The notes under the pieces are model-generated. The model was not told the origin of the DNA, ran no database searches, and was given only the letters and a program-made list of their open reading frames with translations. The position numbers and the translations under genes are program-made. From a bacterium (GTDB lineage: Bacteria; UBA8248), in the NCBI GenBank assembly GCA_965204535.1, contig OZ241996.1:1-64000 (forward strand): DNA of 64,000 bases. The letters are read 5' to 3'. Below, piece after piece: positions 63,781 to 64,000 of this stretch (its first letter is position 1; the number at the start of each line of letters is the position of its first letter).

Positions 63781-63819
63781 GGCGCGCGGCGGCTTCCGGG
63801 TCGCCGCGCGCCGTTTTTT
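63781..63819 (+). terminator. Rho-independent terminator
   Basis: GGCGCGCGGCG / CGCCGCGCGCC stem followed by a T-run. Confidence 0.75.
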
Positions 63820-63837
63820 CGAGAAAAGGACAAGGCA

Positions 63838-64000
63838 ATGAGCGGTTTCGAGGGGCAAAGCGCCGTCGTCACGGGCGCGGCGACGGGAATCGGTGAATCC
63901 ACGGCGAGAATCCTGGCCCAAAGGGGGGCGGAAGTCACCGTCATGGATTTCGACGCGGAAGGCGCCGAAGCCGTCACGAAATCCATCAACGAAAACGGAG
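63838..64000 (+). CDS. SDR family oxidoreductase, 5' part truncated by the window end
   Basis: MSGFEGQSAVVTGAATGIG... Confidence 0.85.
   Translation, partial: MSGFEGQSAVVTGAATGIGESTARILAQRGAEVTVMDFDAEGAEAVTKSINENG

Overview
Bacterial chromosomal window, possibly from a Nitrospinota/Tectomicrobia- or deltaproteobacteria-like lineage (a guess from gene content). It has three zones. (1) 1-4.3 kb: a GC-rich tungsten-type aldehyde:ferredoxin oxidoreductase gene surrounded by palindromic REP/MITE repeats. (2) About 4.3-37 kb: a lower-GC housekeeping block with no such repeats. It holds acyl-CoA dehydrogenase, lutA and a lutB-lutC fusion, glnB-glnD-glnA, an ispH-UbiA fusion, trxA, ftsK, a long AsmA-like protein, gltX with tRNA-Gln(CTG), a peroxiredoxin, and LLM/SDR/CMD genes. 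(3) 37-64 kb: a GC-rich accessory zone full of repeats. The best-supported unusual object is a 4,440-bp cargo-carrying IS1595-family transposon at 38425-42864, with 26-bp TIRs (25/26 match) and an 8-bp ATATTTAC target duplication. It carries a frameshifted EcoRI-family adenine methyltransferase, a DUF262-HNH nuclease, three small genes and a small ORF resembling the transposase C-terminus. Also present are BrnTA, a stand-alone MAD3/MAD4-like ATPase pair, HicAB (hicA lacks a canonical start), a phoX gene broken by an ochre codon, and a TRAP operon. No CRISPR array or rRNA was seen. All calls are from motif recognition by eye; no database searches were run.
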